Both the position numbers and the translations under genes were made by a program. From an uncultured cyanobacterium (lineage in GTDB: Bacteria > Cyanobacteriota > Cyanobacteriia > Cyanobacteriales > CAWCAG01): a stretch of DNA of 64,000 nucleotides. The notes below the pieces were generated by a model. It had not been told where the DNA came from. It did not search any database and saw nothing but the letters and a program-made list of their open reading frames with translations. Of the stretch, positions 30,882-41,631 are shown piece after piece (the stretch's first letter is position 1; each line of letters opens with the position of its first letter). The stretch spans positions 1,184,001 through 1,248,000 of the forward strand of contig CAWCAG010000005.1 in the NCBI GenBank assembly GCA_963793425.1, given 5' to 3'.

Positions 30882-32186
30882 ATGGGTAAAGCAAATCGCC
30901 AATTATTCCTCGTGATCGCCCTAATAATCTGTTTACTTGGCAGTGGTTGCGAGAATTCTTTTCTGGGCAATAGATTTGGCGGAGTAAGAGAAAAACCTTT
31001 AAAAATAGGCGCTTTATTACCAGAAATAAAAGACCCCACTTTGCTAGGATACAATCTTTCTCAAGCCGTAAGCTTAGCAGTGGAGAAAGTTAATCAATGT
31101 GGTGGTGTTAATAACCAACCCGTTCAATTAATTGTTGCTGATACCAAGGCTGATCCTTTGGTGGGGGAAGCAGCCATGAATAGATTAGTAGAAATAGATC
31201 CTGTTGTAGGAGTGGTTGGGGGCTTTACTAGTAGTGTTAGCGATCGCGCTGTCAAGGTAGCAGCCCGTAATCAAGTAATGCTAATTTCTCCGGCTAGCAC
31301 AAGTCCTGTATTTACAGAAAGGTCTTATGGTGGTTACTGGGCGAGGACAGTATCGACGGATATTCTTAAAGCACAACAAGCAGCTAAACTTGCCTTAGAA
31401 AAGGGCTTTACCCAAGTTGCTACAGTGGCTATGAATAATGATTACGGTATTGGCTTTGAGGAAGAATTTATTAATGCTTTCCTTAACCAAGGAGGTGTTG
31501 TTACCAATAAAGATGAACCTATACATTATGACTCTACAGCCGTAAATTTAGATACAGAAGCCATGGCTGCTTTTGTTGGTAATTCCGAAGCTGTATTAAT
31601 TGTCGGCGACTTAGAAACCGGAAGTTTGTTGTTAGAGTCTGCTTATAACCATGGTTTTGATAAGCAAGCAATGTTTATTCCTACCGATAGTATTTACTCT
31701 CAAGCTTTCCCTCAACAAATGCCTAAAGACAGCAATAATAGATCAATTGTTACTGGGGTTTTGGGGTTAATACCTGGGGCAAATGGTATGGGGTTGTCGG
31801 AATTCGCGTCTTTTTGGCATCAGGAAACAGGGGAAGATATTACTCCTTTTGTAGCCCAAACTTGGGATGCAACGATGCTTTTAATGTTAGCAGCAGAAGC
31901 AGCCCAAGAAAATACAGGACAAGGCATTAAAAGTAACCTTATGGCTGTGGCAAATCCAGGAGAAAAGCTGGAGGAGAAAGAAGAAGTTAAGGATGTTTGT
32001 CGAGGAATGGAGTTATTGCGGGAAGGCAAAGCTATTAATTATCAAGGGGTTAGCGGCAATGTTGATTTGGATAATAATGGTGATGTGGTAGTAGGCGGTT
32101 ACGAGGTTTGGAGGGTAACGGAAGAGGGAGAGTTAGGAATAACAAAATTCCCTGAATTTTCAGAAACTCAAGACTCAGCCCTTTAA
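30882..32186 (+). CDS. branched-chain/neutral amino acid ABC substrate-binding lipoprotein (NatB-like)
   Basis: Lipobox-like LGSGC; KIGALLP, ISPASTSP, YQGVSGNVDLD..GDV. Confidence 0.85.
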   Translation: MGKANRQLFLVIALIICLLGSGCENSFLGNRFGGVREKPLKIGALLPEIKDPTLLGYNLSQAVSLAVEKVNQCGGVNNQPVQLIVADTKADPLVGEAAMNRLVEIDPVVGVVGGFTSSVSDRAVKVAARNQVMLISPASTSPVFTERSYGGYWARTVSTDILKAQQAAKLALEKGFTQVATVAMNNDYGIGFEEEFINAFLNQGGVVTNKDEPIHYDSTAVNLDTEAMAAFVGNSEAVLIVGDLETGSLLLESAYNHGFDKQAMFIPTDSIYSQAFPQQMPKDSNNRSIVTGVLGLIPGANGMGLSEFASFWHQETGEDITPFVAQTWDATMLLMLAAEAAQENTGQGIKSNLMAVANPGEKLEEKEEVKDVCRGMELLREGKAINYQGVSGNVDLDNNGDVVVGGYEVWRVTEEGELGITKFPEFSETQDSAL

Positions 32187-32236
32187 GCAGAAGTGGTATA
32201 ACTGTAGAACAGTGAGTTAGCCAACTGGAGAAGGGT

Positions 32237-32633
32237 ATGATTCAAGCCAGACCCAAACAAACCAATGTCCTTTGAAGAGTTTGTCGCCTGGTTACCTCAA
32301 GACGGGCGATATGAATTAATTGATGGCAATGTTTTTGAGATGCAACCAACTGGAAAACATGAAGTGGTCAGTACTAATTGGGAAACAGACTACGCCCGGA
32401 AGTATGAAGACTACGAAGTAATGGGTATTGCTGAATATTGGATTGCTGATTATTTGGGGATTGGTGGGAAAAAGTATCTTGGTTCCCCCAAGCGACCTAC
32501 ATTCTCTGTTTGTACTTTAGTGGACGGTGAGTATCAGATGCAACAGTTTCGAGGAGATGAGATAATCGTCTCCCCAACTTTCCCTCAATTAAATCTAAGT
32601 GCAAAACAAATTTTTGCAGCAGGAGAATGGTAA
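32237..32633 (+). pseudogene. Uma2-family endonuclease pseudogene (4-bp duplication near the start plus an internal in-frame deletion)
   Basis: MQPTGKHE is joined directly to VVSTNW, so the PD core is missing; ATG at 32237 is put out of frame by a CAAA duplication. Confidence 0.75.
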
Positions 32634-32634
32634 T

Positions 32635-32967
32635 TTAATGATTAGAAAAAACTTTACCTACCGCTTCAGCAATGCGTTCTAAGTCTTCATCTAATAATGG
32701 AGGCCAATTAACTCTTGATCTGCGCCCTTTTTCGTAAAATTGCCTACTTCTGTAAGCTAATGAATAAAGAGGGTAAATTAATTCTTTCTCTAATTCTGGG
32801 GCTTTCTGCAAGTTTTCCCACAAGATTTTTAAAGCCAGCAAAATGTTAGTCACTTGCCCTGGTATGGGGGCTTGGCTTTCCTGGAGACGTTTGAGTAAAG
32901 TCTCGGTGTTAGAATCAGTTATGGTTCCTTGTTTAATTAGAAATTTACGAGCGGTTTGGTAATCCAT
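32635..32967 (-). CDS. conserved cyanobacterial hypothetical protein
   Basis: PIPGQVTNILLALK...WPPLLDEDL.RIA. Confidence 0.7.
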   Translation of the reverse strand: MDYQTARKFLIKQGTITDSNTETLLKRLQESQAPIPGQVTNILLALKILWENLQKAPELEKELIYPLYSLAYRSRQFYEKGRRSRVNWPPLLDEDLERIAEAVGKVFSNH

Positions 32968-33049
32968 ATATTCAAGCTAAAAGGGGCCATCACCCAAGTT
33001 AAAGGTAACTGAATTTTCTTACTTACTCTATTCCTTTCTTAATTAATTT

Positions 33050-34651
33050 GTGAGCGTATTTAACCAAGAAAGCCTGCTTTTCACCCCAGCTTCTCCGGAT
33101 CACGATGCTATTCCGGTTATTTTCGCTTTCCCTAATCAATACAGTGTCGGTATTACTAGTTTAGGTTATCAAGTTGTTTGGGCTACTTTGGCTAGACGTG
33201 CTGATCTTGATGTTAGTCGTCTGTTTACAGATATTCAAGAAGCCTTGCCCAGAAATCCAGAATTATTAGGTTTTTCTCTTTCTTGGGAATTAGATTACAT
33301 CAATATTCTCAACCTCTTAGAAAAATTAGCTATTCCTTTTCATTCTCAAGCTAGAAATAATTCCCATCCCTTCATTTTTGGCGGCGGGCCAGTTTTAACC
33401 GCTAATCCAGAACCCTTTGCCGCTTTTTTTGATATTATCCTTCTAGGAGATGGAGAAAATCTCCTTGATGAGTTTATTAATGCTTATCAACAAGTTAGAA
33501 ATGCAGACCGCTTAACTCAATTAAAGCATTTAGCAAAGGTTCCAGGAATTTATATTCCTAGTTTATATGAAGTAACCTACGCTGATCCTGAAGGGGCGAT
33601 CGCAACTATTGAACCTATTTTTGAGGATATTCCTGCCCAAATTCAAAAACAAACCTACCGAGGTAATCTCCTTTCTGCTTCTACTGTCGTAACCGAAAAA
33701 GCTGCTTGGGAAAATATCTATATGGTGGAGGTTGTACGCAGTTGCCCAGAAATGTGTCGCTTTTGCCTAGCAAGCTATCTTACCCTGCCTTTTCGTAGCG
33801 CCAGTTTAGAAACTTCCTTAATTCCAGCCATTGAAAGGGGCCTAAAAGTTACTAATCGTATCGGTTTATTAGGGGCATCAGTAACCCAACATCCAGAATT
33901 TAGTGATTTATTAGCTTATCTTTCTCAACCTGAATATGAACAAGTAAGGTTAAGTATTGCTTCAGTTCGTACTAATACCGTAACAGAAAACCTAGCAAAA
34001 ACCTTAGCTAACAGAGGCACTAATTCCCTTACCATCGCTGTAGAAAGTGGTTCGGAGAAATTACGCCAGATTATTAATAAAAAGTTGACAAATGAAGAAA
34101 TAATTCAAGCAGCCATTAATGCTAAAGCTGGCGGATTAAAGGCATTAAAGTTATATGGTATGGTGGGGCTTCCTGGAGAAGAAACTGAAGATGTTGAAGC
34201 AACAGTAGCCATGATGCAAGCAATTAAAAAAGCTGCCCCTGGTTTGCGTTTAAGCTTAGGTTGTAGCACCTTCGTTCCTAAATCCCACACTCCTTTTCAA
34301 TGGTTTGGTGTTAACTCCCAATCTCAAAAACGCCTCAAATTCCTACAAAAACAATTACGTTCCCAAGGCATTGATTTTCGTCCAGAAAGTTACAATTGGT
34401 CAGTGATTCAAGCTTTAATATCCAGAGGAGATAGGCGTTTAACCCCATTATTAGAACTTACTCGCGACTACGGGGACTCTTTAGGGAGTTACAAACGTGC
34501 TTTTAAACAATTACAAGGTAAGTTACCTAATCTCAATTTCTATGTTCATCAAAACTGGTCAACTGACCAAATTCTGCCCTGGAATCACCTCCAAGGACCT
34601 CTCCCTCAAGAAACTCTCCTTAAGCATCGGCAAGAAGCATTTGGACATTAA
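33050..34651 (+). CDS. B12-binding-domain radical SAM protein
   Basis: FPNQYSVGITSLG, GGPVLTANPEP, CPEMCRFC. Confidence 0.9.
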   Translation: MSVFNQESLLFTPASPDHDAIPVIFAFPNQYSVGITSLGYQVVWATLARRADLDVSRLFTDIQEALPRNPELLGFSLSWELDYINILNLLEKLAIPFHSQARNNSHPFIFGGGPVLTANPEPFAAFFDIILLGDGENLLDEFINAYQQVRNADRLTQLKHLAKVPGIYIPSLYEVTYADPEGAIATIEPIFEDIPAQIQKQTYRGNLLSASTVVTEKAAWENIYMVEVVRSCPEMCRFCLASYLTLPFRSASLETSLIPAIERGLKVTNRIGLLGASVTQHPEFSDLLAYLSQPEYEQVRLSIASVRTNTVTENLAKTLANRGTNSLTIAVESGSEKLRQIINKKLTNEEIIQAAINAKAGGLKALKLYGMVGLPGEETEDVEATVAMMQAIKKAAPGLRLSLGCSTFVPKSHTPFQWFGVNSQSQKRLKFLQKQLRSQGIDFRPESYNWSVIQALISRGDRRLTPLLELTRDYGDSLGSYKRAFKQLQGKLPNLNFYVHQNWSTDQILPWNHLQGPLPQETLLKHRQEAFGH

Positions 34652-34693
34652 ACATTAAACATTTATAATTTCCTAGAATTTTATTGCTAAAAT

Positions 34694-34882
34694 ATGCAAA
34701 ATACTGCTCAATATTATTGTGCTTTTTGTGGCGAACCGAGTATAACTTTTATCGATATTAGTGCTGGTTTGCAACAATCATACACAGAAGATTGTCAAGT
34801 TTGTTGTCGCCCCAACATACTTTATATACGTGTTGATGAAGACACTCTTGATATTGAAATTGATACAGATTGTGAAAGCTGA
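34694..34882 (+). CDS. CPXCG-motif cysteine-rich zinc-ribbon protein
   Basis: CAFCGE...YTEDCQVCCRP. Confidence 0.85.
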   Translation: MQNTAQYYCAFCGEPSITFIDISAGLQQSYTEDCQVCCRPNILYIRVDEDTLDIEIDTDCES

Positions 34883-35052
34883 ACTAAAACCATTTTTTGT
34901 TTTGATAAAACAGCTTGAGACTTAGTTAATACTGTTGAGGATGCTAAAGACGCTATTGATTGATTAATTAACCAGTACTTCGGTTGTATGAGTTTTTGAA
35001 TTAGGCTTATTTCACTGTGGTGGTTGCCTAATTCATTTTTTTTGCGATCACA

Positions 35053-35336
35053 CTAGAGTTTCTTGAAATATCTGGCGATTGGTAAGAGTCCAATTTCAGG
35101 GCAATAAAACCCACAGTTGAACCAGCATCTATGGCAACCCAGACATTCATATCTTTTGCAGCACAGACATCCTCAACCGCCTTTTGTTGGCTCACACGCC
35201 AATTATCAGGATAGAATTCCTGGTATAAATCCAAGTCCATCACTTTCTCAATTGAATCGAAGACGGAAGCCCATGCTCGAAGTGAAAGACGAATGACTGC
35301 ATCAAGTTGATGAGCCTTGTAAGGTTCAATCTGCAT
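35053..35336 (-). pseudogene. GNAT acetyltransferase with internal deletion and frameshift
   Basis: The N-half (...GFIALKLDS) is joined at TTGGACTC to a tail that reads GLLPIARYFKKL* in another frame; the acetyl-CoA motif is absent. Confidence 0.7.
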
Positions 35337-35373
35337 TTTCTATATCGCCATCAATTCATACCAAAGCCCGTAG

Positions 35374-35476
35374 TGGCATGACACAGCTAAAGTAGTGCAA
35401 TAGATTATCACTTAGAAACATGAATAAAAACAGTATGACTCTTTTTCTAAAGCATCATTTTAGGCGTGTCACGCCA
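35374..35476. mobile_element. MITE-like element with GTAG 4-bp direct repeats
   Basis: TIRs tggcatgacacagctaaa / tttaggcgtgtcacgcca. Confidence 0.65.
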
Positions 35477-35544
35477 GTAGGATTGGTTAGGCGTTGATCT
35501 AATTACGCCATTAACCTTTAGCTCACAAGTTGCCGTAACCCATC
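35477..35544 (+). repeat. degenerate GTAG-type REP
   Basis: GTAGGATTGGTTAGGC...GCCGTAACCCATC. Confidence 0.5.
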
Positions 35545-35794
35545 AATCACAGCAAGACAAGAAGGAGAAAATTATTGAAGAGCAAAATTACTTTTGAAAA
35601 TGCCTTTTTAGGGCGCACCTTTCCCACCATGTACATAATACCATGTCAAGAGAGCAAAATGCCAGCAAACTATAAATTAATAACACCAAATCCTGTTTAG
35701 TTGCACAAGTAGTCCAATAAATAAAATATCCTCACCAAGTCAAGATTCTAACAATTAGCAACTAGCAACTAGCCATTAGCAGTTAGCAAAAAAA

Positions 35795-38074
35795 TTAACT
35801 TCCTACTTGCCAAATTGAATAAGCCCCCCAAAGAGCAGCAATAATTAAAAGAATCGTTACCCAAACTGGGTAACCGCTACGAATTATTTTCCCGTCTTTA
35901 GTTTCGATGGTATCTACATCAATCCAAGCAGTACTACCCCGACGAAACCAGCCTGTAACCGTGACATTTTGCTCAATTAACTGGCAAGGGCGTTTAACGA
36001 AAAGAAATCGCCAAGAGTTGAAACGTAACATCGGCAAAATCACTTTTCCAGAACGATGTTGGGCAATATCTAAAGGTAACAAATTACCCAAGGGGCCAAG
36101 TTTAGAAAAGAAGTGCAGTTTAATTAAACCAGTGGAAGTTGCTAAAACTAAATCCTGTACTAACCAATTACTTATTCCTTCTCGCCCTAAGAGTTTGCCA
36201 CTCATTTGTATTCCTTGACTATCTGGGGGTAAAGCTTGAGAATCCGTGACTAAATCTTGTAAACGAGGTTCGGTACGAGTGGGAGAAATATTAATATCAG
36301 GGAAGTAATTGTTAACTAAAAGAATGGTAACGAGACTAAAGGCAAAGAGAATACAAGCATCAAGGAAAAATTGAGCATTGTATAACCAAATTAATTGAGA
36401 AATATTCAGCCAATCGCCGATTTTACCAATTATCCAGAGGACACCCCGAAACAGAAGCCCGAAGAGTGTACCGGCGATAATAGCACTTTGCAAGATTGGT
36501 AAGGCACGATAGCTGTTTTTAATTTTTTGTAACAGGGCTACATTATTTTTCGGTGGTGGTGTGAGGGTTGGTAAATCTAATTCTGGTTGTAGCTTCCAGA
36601 AATAAGCATAACGTCCTAAAAGATAAAGGCGATCTCCTGTGAGGGCATGGGAGTTGGTTAAGGCTAACCAATGGCGATAGGGGTTGGTACATTCCCAAGC
36701 TAAGACTAATTCCAAGGGAGTATGATCGGGGAAGCTGCCCACACCCATAGCTTGTTTATGACCGAGGGGCATCATCACATCAAACCCTTCTAAAAGCCAA
36801 GTTGTATAGCCCTTTTTGGCTATACTTTCTGCCATACCCATGGCAATTTTCAGCAAACCACGGCTAAGGGCATTGGGGTTGCCAGTAATTTCTGTTGCGG
36901 CGCGATCGCTATAATAAACTCGCCGACGGGAAAACCAGAGAATGGTCAATTTTAATAGCCAATAAATGCCATAAAATAGAGTGGCGAAGATAGCAGCAAT
37001 GCCCCTAATAATGGGGATGTAGGGAGGAGACTTTGATTTATTCTGAAATTTCCCCCCCCATTGTGAGATTTGCCAATAAAGAATGTAGGGAAGTTGTATA
37101 ACTAACATCGCTACAGACATAGGTAAGAAATCCCAATAAATGATATGTCCTAATTCATGGGCATAAATAGCTTCAATTTCTTTAATTTCTAACTTATCTA
37201 ACAATCCTTGACTAACTACAATTCTGGCTGTGCGAGGTAAGTTACCGTAACTTACAGCCAAAGGAATATCCGTAGGTAAAATGCCTAATTTAGGAATGGG
37301 AATTTTCTTATTTCGACAATACCTTTGTAAAGTCTTGGCTACTTCTGGATACTGCGTGGCAAATTTAGTGATGGGGAGAGGTTGCCAACCATGAAACTTT
37401 TTCAGCAGAAAATCTAATAACCAAGGGGCAGCTATAGCCAGGATACCCAAAGCTACCAATAAAAAATTAGTGGGGTCGCGATAGAAAATTTGTAGAGGAC
37501 GAAGCAACGGCAACCAATTAAGGAAGTTATTAATAGCCCCCATCCCCAACTCAACCAACCAACGCAACACGACAAAAAAAGCGATTCCACAAACAACTTC
37601 CACCGCCCACAAACGATATCTTTTCAACCGCTTCATTGGCTTCCAAGTTTGCGCCCCTTCAGCATTACGCCACTGTCTGCCTGGGGTGAAAATTGAGGGG
37701 CGATATTGAGAAGAAGAAGCGACATTAATAGGAAGTTGAGGATTAGCAACTTCTTCGGGAGGTTTCAGCTTAACGGAGGAATTAGCAGCTTTAGCTTGGG
37801 AAAAGCGATTATTCAAATCTACCAAAGTTCGCGATGCCCAACTACTAATTTTCGGATCACGAATTTCTGTTAAGCCATGACATAGGTTAATCGCTTTTTG
37901 GGGTTCACCACTTTCGCAATAAGCTAATATAAGTCCTTGTTGCGCCAAAGCAATCAGATTTTCATCCAACTCTACTTCGCATATACCCTGAAAATGTGCG
38001 ATCGCAGTAGCATAATCCTTTTCATTTAAAGCTAATTTTCCTGCTTCATAATCAGGATTACTAACAGATGCCAT
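35795..38074 (-). CDS. M48 (HtpX/Ste24) zinc metalloprotease, long cyanobacterial form
   Basis: AHELGH, SRRRVYYSDRAA..TGNPNAL..GLLK. Confidence 0.88.
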   Translation of the reverse strand: MASVSNPDYEAGKLALNEKDYATAIAHFQGICEVELDENLIALAQQGLILAYCESGEPQKAINLCHGLTEIRDPKISSWASRTLVDLNNRFSQAKAANSSVKLKPPEEVANPQLPINVASSSQYRPSIFTPGRQWRNAEGAQTWKPMKRLKRYRLWAVEVVCGIAFFVVLRWLVELGMGAINNFLNWLPLLRPLQIFYRDPTNFLLVALGILAIAAPWLLDFLLKKFHGWQPLPITKFATQYPEVAKTLQRYCRNKKIPIPKLGILPTDIPLAVSYGNLPRTARIVVSQGLLDKLEIKEIEAIYAHELGHIIYWDFLPMSVAMLVIQLPYILYWQISQWGGKFQNKSKSPPYIPIIRGIAAIFATLFYGIYWLLKLTILWFSRRRVYYSDRAATEITGNPNALSRGLLKIAMGMAESIAKKGYTTWLLEGFDVMMPLGHKQAMGVGSFPDHTPLELVLAWECTNPYRHWLALTNSHALTGDRLYLLGRYAYFWKLQPELDLPTLTPPPKNNVALLQKIKNSYRALPILQSAIIAGTLFGLLFRGVLWIIGKIGDWLNISQLIWLYNAQFFLDACILFAFSLVTILLVNNYFPDINISPTRTEPRLQDLVTDSQALPPDSQGIQMSGKLLGREGISNWLVQDLVLATSTGLIKLHFFSKLGPLGNLLPLDIAQHRSGKVILPMLRFNSWRFLFVKRPCQLIEQNVTVTGWFRRGSTAWIDVDTIETKDGKIIRSGYPVWVTILLIIAALWGAYSIWQVGS

Positions 38075-38222
38075 GACTCAACACCCCCATCAAACTTTCC
38101 CCCAGAATAACAATGGTTGTCCTTTGCTACCATCTTTCCCAAGATGTGATGCGGTTATGGCAGCAAGCTGTCAGACATTTAGATTTATTGCTGGGGTAGG
38201 GAGTAGGGAGTATAGAGAAAAG

Positions 38223-38786
38223 TCAACTAAACATTTGTCGTATCTCGATACTCACTTCCGGAAAAGTTAGGGGAGAAATACTCTCTGCTGCGGTTAAACA
38301 TAACTCCTCTTGGTATCCCTCCAGAGTGGGTTGCCGCAACACCAACAATTTACGCTCATTAATATCTAGAATCCAGTAATCCCTAATACCACTTCTTGCA
38401 TAAGCCAATCCTTTGTACTCGCGATCACGCTTCAAGGTTGTGTCGGAGATTTCTACCAGCAGAAAAACCTCTTCGGGGACAGGGTGGTGTTCTTCGTAAT
38501 AAAACGGATCTGGTTTAACTATAGCTAAATCCGGTTCTGGTTCAGAATAGTTGTCTAACCTTACTGGTTCCTGGGTGCGGATTAAAACCTGTTCTCCAAG
38601 ACACCTTTCTAACAACTTCTCCACTCGTTTGTTAGCTGCACTATGAGGTGGATTTTTCACTGGTTTGTTAAGAATTTGTCCACCAACTAACTCTACCTCC
38701 TCATCAGGCTCTAGGATGCCAATTTTTCCAAGCTGGTGATACTCTGAAACAGTTAAACGACGGATATCTACTAAGCTATTAAGCAT
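38223..38786 (-). CDS. Uma2-family endonuclease
   Basis: EPEPDLAIV, LLVEISDTTL, YARSGIRDYWILD. Confidence 0.92.
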   Translation of the reverse strand: MLNSLVDIRRLTVSEYHQLGKIGILEPDEEVELVGGQILNKPVKNPPHSAANKRVEKLLERCLGEQVLIRTQEPVRLDNYSEPEPDLAIVKPDPFYYEEHHPVPEEVFLLVEISDTTLKRDREYKGLAYARSGIRDYWILDINERKLLVLRQPTLEGYQEELCLTAAESISPLTFPEVSIEIRQMFS

Positions 38787-38890
38787 TTTTTGAGAAATGA
38801 ATTCTATATAGATACTGCTTATAACTATCTTATAGTCTAAATTCCTCTATGTATCCTGGTGATGAGAATGAAGATTCAAGATTTTTCTAG

Positions 38891-38991
38891 TGGTCTGTCA
38901 TTTTTGCTTTTGTGCGTTAACAATCTCTAAAACTCTTTTAGGACAAGGTATAAAAAAGCGAGTAACCCATATTATCGAGATTGACAGACCA
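38891..38991. mobile_element. MITE-like element flanked by CTAG
   Basis: ctag-TGGTCTGTCA...TGACAGACCA-ctag, perfect inverted ends. Confidence 0.7.
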
Positions 38992-39008
38992 CTAGTTGCG
39001 ATCGCCAC

Positions 39009-39046
39009 AAAAAATGGTACTGAGAATTTTACAACTCAGCACCATC
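39009..39046 (-). terminator. terminator after rbcS
   Basis: Minus strand atggtgctgag...ctcagtaccat followed by a T tract. Confidence 0.6.
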
Positions 39047-39072
39047 TTAATTAAACTCAAATTCTACTTACC

Positions 39073-39408
39073 TTAGTAACGGCTAGTACCAGGTTTGTGA
39101 ACAATAAAGCTAATAGTTTGACATTGCTTAATATTGTCAAAACCAGCTACCCGAATATAAACATTAGGATACTCCTGACGGCACTCTCTGATTTCATTGA
39201 GAACATCTTGAGGGCTATTAACTTGGAACAAAGGTAACTTCCACAAAGTCCAGTGGTAATCTGTAGGTGCTGGATCTTCTTCAAATTCAATAGCAGGAAT
39301 AAAACCTTGATCCAACATATACTCAATTTGTCGAGCAATTTGCTGGTCGGTTAAAGGGGGTAAATAAGAGAGAGTTTCGTAACGACGCTCTTTTGGTAAT
39401 GTTTTCAT
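39073..39408 (-). CDS. rbcS: RuBisCO small subunit
   Basis: [28 protein letters not shown]. Confidence 0.98.
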   Translation of the reverse strand: MKTLPKERRYETLSYLPPLTDQQIARQIEYMLDQGFIPAIEFEEDPAPTDYHWTLWKLPLFQVNSPQDVLNEIRECRQEYPNVYIRVAGFDNIKQCQTISFIVHKPGTSRY

Positions 39409-39441
39409 GTTTTTTGCCTTTAGCTTAAATTAGTAAAATTG

Positions 39442-39825
39442 TTAATCTGGGGAGTCATTGGTATCCAACTCCGGTTCTGTATCCTGTTCAGAGGTTTGGG
39501 TTAAACGTTCCAAAAGTTGCTTGCGCCTTTCCAAGTTAGATTCTTGAATGCTCTGACGCAGCATTCCTGGCAAAAAATCTACCACTGCTTCTGCTAGTTC
39601 TTGACGAACTGTCATAATCCGCAGCACCAAATCTTTTCTTTCCAACATCAAACCTTCTAAATAAGCTTCTCCGTCTTGGAGTTTGCCAGAGGAATATTGC
39701 CTTAGCCAGATCCCTTGAGGTGGATTGGTTTCTGACAACTGTTCCACAATTGTCTTCACCGCTTGAAAGGTCAAGTAGTTCTGAATTGCTTTAGTTGTCT
39801 CTTGGGCAACTTTTTTTGGATACAT
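39442..39825 (-). CDS. rbcX: RuBisCO assembly chaperone
   Basis: YLTFQAV...QLSETNP...QDGEAYL...RIMTVR; lies between rbcL and rbcS. Confidence 0.95.
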   Translation of the reverse strand: MYPKKVAQETTKAIQNYLTFQAVKTIVEQLSETNPPQGIWLRQYSSGKLQDGEAYLEGLMLERKDLVLRIMTVRQELAEAVVDFLPGMLRQSIQESNLERRKQLLERLTQTSEQDTEPELDTNDSPD

Positions 39826-39911
39826 TACGCTTACCCATGCCAATGAGGGTTTTTGTAGTAGTTAGTTTATTGATGTTCACCAATTTATAACAACTAACCA
39901 CTAACAAACTG

Positions 39912-41330
39912 TTACAGGGTATCCATTGCCTCGAACTCGAACTTGATTTCTTTCCAGAGTTCACAAGCAACTTTCAACTCAGGACTCCAACGAGTAGCTT
40001 CGCGGATGACATCATTGCCTTCCCTGGCTAAGCTACGACCTTCGTTACGGGCTTGGATACAAGCTTCTAAGGCAACACGGTTAGCGGTTGCACCAGGAGC
40101 ATTACCCCAAGGGTGTCCTAATGTACCACCACCAAACTGTAAGCAAGAGTCGTCGCCAAAGATTTCTACCAAGGCTGGCATATGCCAAACGTGGATACCA
40201 CCAGAAGCTACAGGCATAACTCCAGGCATAGAAGCGTAGTCTTGGGTGAAGAAGATACCGCGCTCACGATCTTCTTCTACATAGTCTTCCCGCATGAGGT
40301 CAACGAAGCCCATGGTGATGCCTCGCTCACCTTCTAGCTTACCCACAACGGTTCCAGAGTGGAGGTGATCACCACCAGACATCCGCAAGCACTTCGCTAA
40401 AACGCGGAAGTGAATACCGTGGTTACGTTGACGATCGATTACGGCGTGCATAGCGCGGTGAATATGCAGCAGTATGCCATTATCGCGACACCAACGGGCT
40501 AAGGTTGTATTCGCTGTGAAACCACCGGTGAGGTAGTCGTGCATGATGATCGGACTACCAATTTCTTTGGCAAACTCAGCCCGTTGCATCATTTGCTCTA
40601 CAGTAGGAGCAGTAACGTTAAGGTAGTGACCTTTAACTTCGTTAGTTTCTGCTTGAGATTTTTCAATCGCTTCTTGAACAAATAAGAAGCGATCGCGCCA
40701 GCGCATGAAAGGCTGGGAGTTAATATTTTCGTCGTCTTTGGTGAAGTCTAAGCCACCCCGCAGACATTCATATACAGCTCTACCATAGTTTTTCGCTGAT
40801 AGACCTAATTTAGGCTTAATAGTACAACCTAGTAAGGGGCGACCATATTTATTTAACTTATCCCGCTCAACCACGATACCGTGGGGAGGCCCTTGGAAGG
40901 TTTTCATGTAAGCAACGGGGATTCTTAAGTCTTCTAAACGTAATCCTCGTAATGCTTTGAAACCAAATACGTTACCTACAATTGAGGTCAACATATTGGT
41001 AACAGAACCTTCTTCAAACAGATCCAAAGGATAAGCTACAAAACAGAAATATTGATTGTCTTCTCCGGGAACTGCTTCAATATCGTAACAACGACCTTTG
41101 TAGCGGTCTAGGTCTGTTAGTCCATCAGTCCATACTGTTGTCCATGTACCTGTCGAAGACTCAGCAGCAACAGCAGCAGCAGCTTCTTCTGGGGGGACTC
41201 CTGGTTGGGGAGTCATGCGGAAAGCAGCTAAGAGATCAGTGTCTTTAGGTGTGTAGTCTGGGGTGTAATAAGTTAGACGATAGTCCTTTACACCAGCTTC
41301 AAATCCGGCGGATGATTTTGTTCGTGCCAT
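39912..41330 (-). CDS. rbcL: RuBisCO large subunit, form IB
   Basis: [11 protein letters not shown] catalytic motif. Confidence 0.99.
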   Translation of the reverse strand: MARTKSSAGFEAGVKDYRLTYYTPDYTPKDTDLLAAFRMTPQPGVPPEEAAAAVAAESSTGTWTTVWTDGLTDLDRYKGRCYDIEAVPGEDNQYFCFVAYPLDLFEEGSVTNMLTSIVGNVFGFKALRGLRLEDLRIPVAYMKTFQGPPHGIVVERDKLNKYGRPLLGCTIKPKLGLSAKNYGRAVYECLRGGLDFTKDDENINSQPFMRWRDRFLFVQEAIEKSQAETNEVKGHYLNVTAPTVEQMMQRAEFAKEIGSPIIMHDYLTGGFTANTTLARWCRDNGILLHIHRAMHAVIDRQRNHGIHFRVLAKCLRMSGGDHLHSGTVVGKLEGERGITMGFVDLMREDYVEEDRERGIFFTQDYASMPGVMPVASGGIHVWHMPALVEIFGDDSCLQFGGGTLGHPWGNAPGATANRVALEACIQARNEGRSLAREGNDVIREATRWSPELKVACELWKEIKFEFEAMDTL

Positions 41331-41593
41331 TTGCTAATATCCTCTATCGTTTCGGAGGCAGATTTTTTTACTAAGAGATTGAGAGATTCTCGGAATGCTT
41401 ACTAATTTAATTTCTAGTATCTAGAAAAATAGTTTGCTTCCAGAAAGTGGGAAATTGATAGCCAGTTATTCTTGACTAATTTTCTCATATTTAAGAAGTT
41501 ATCTTAACATGAATTTTAAACTTTTTGTTAAGCAACAATTATTTGTTTTGACGCTTTTATATTACCCTTATTTTGGGCATTATGTTAATTTAG

Positions 41594-41618
41594 TTTATAG
41601 TAAGTAAATTGCTATAAA
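41594..41618. promoter_or_regulatory. inverted repeat upstream of rbcL, possible LysR-type regulator site
   Basis: TTTATAG-N11-CTATAAA. Confidence 0.3.
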
Positions 41619-41631
41619 AAACCATTAACTA

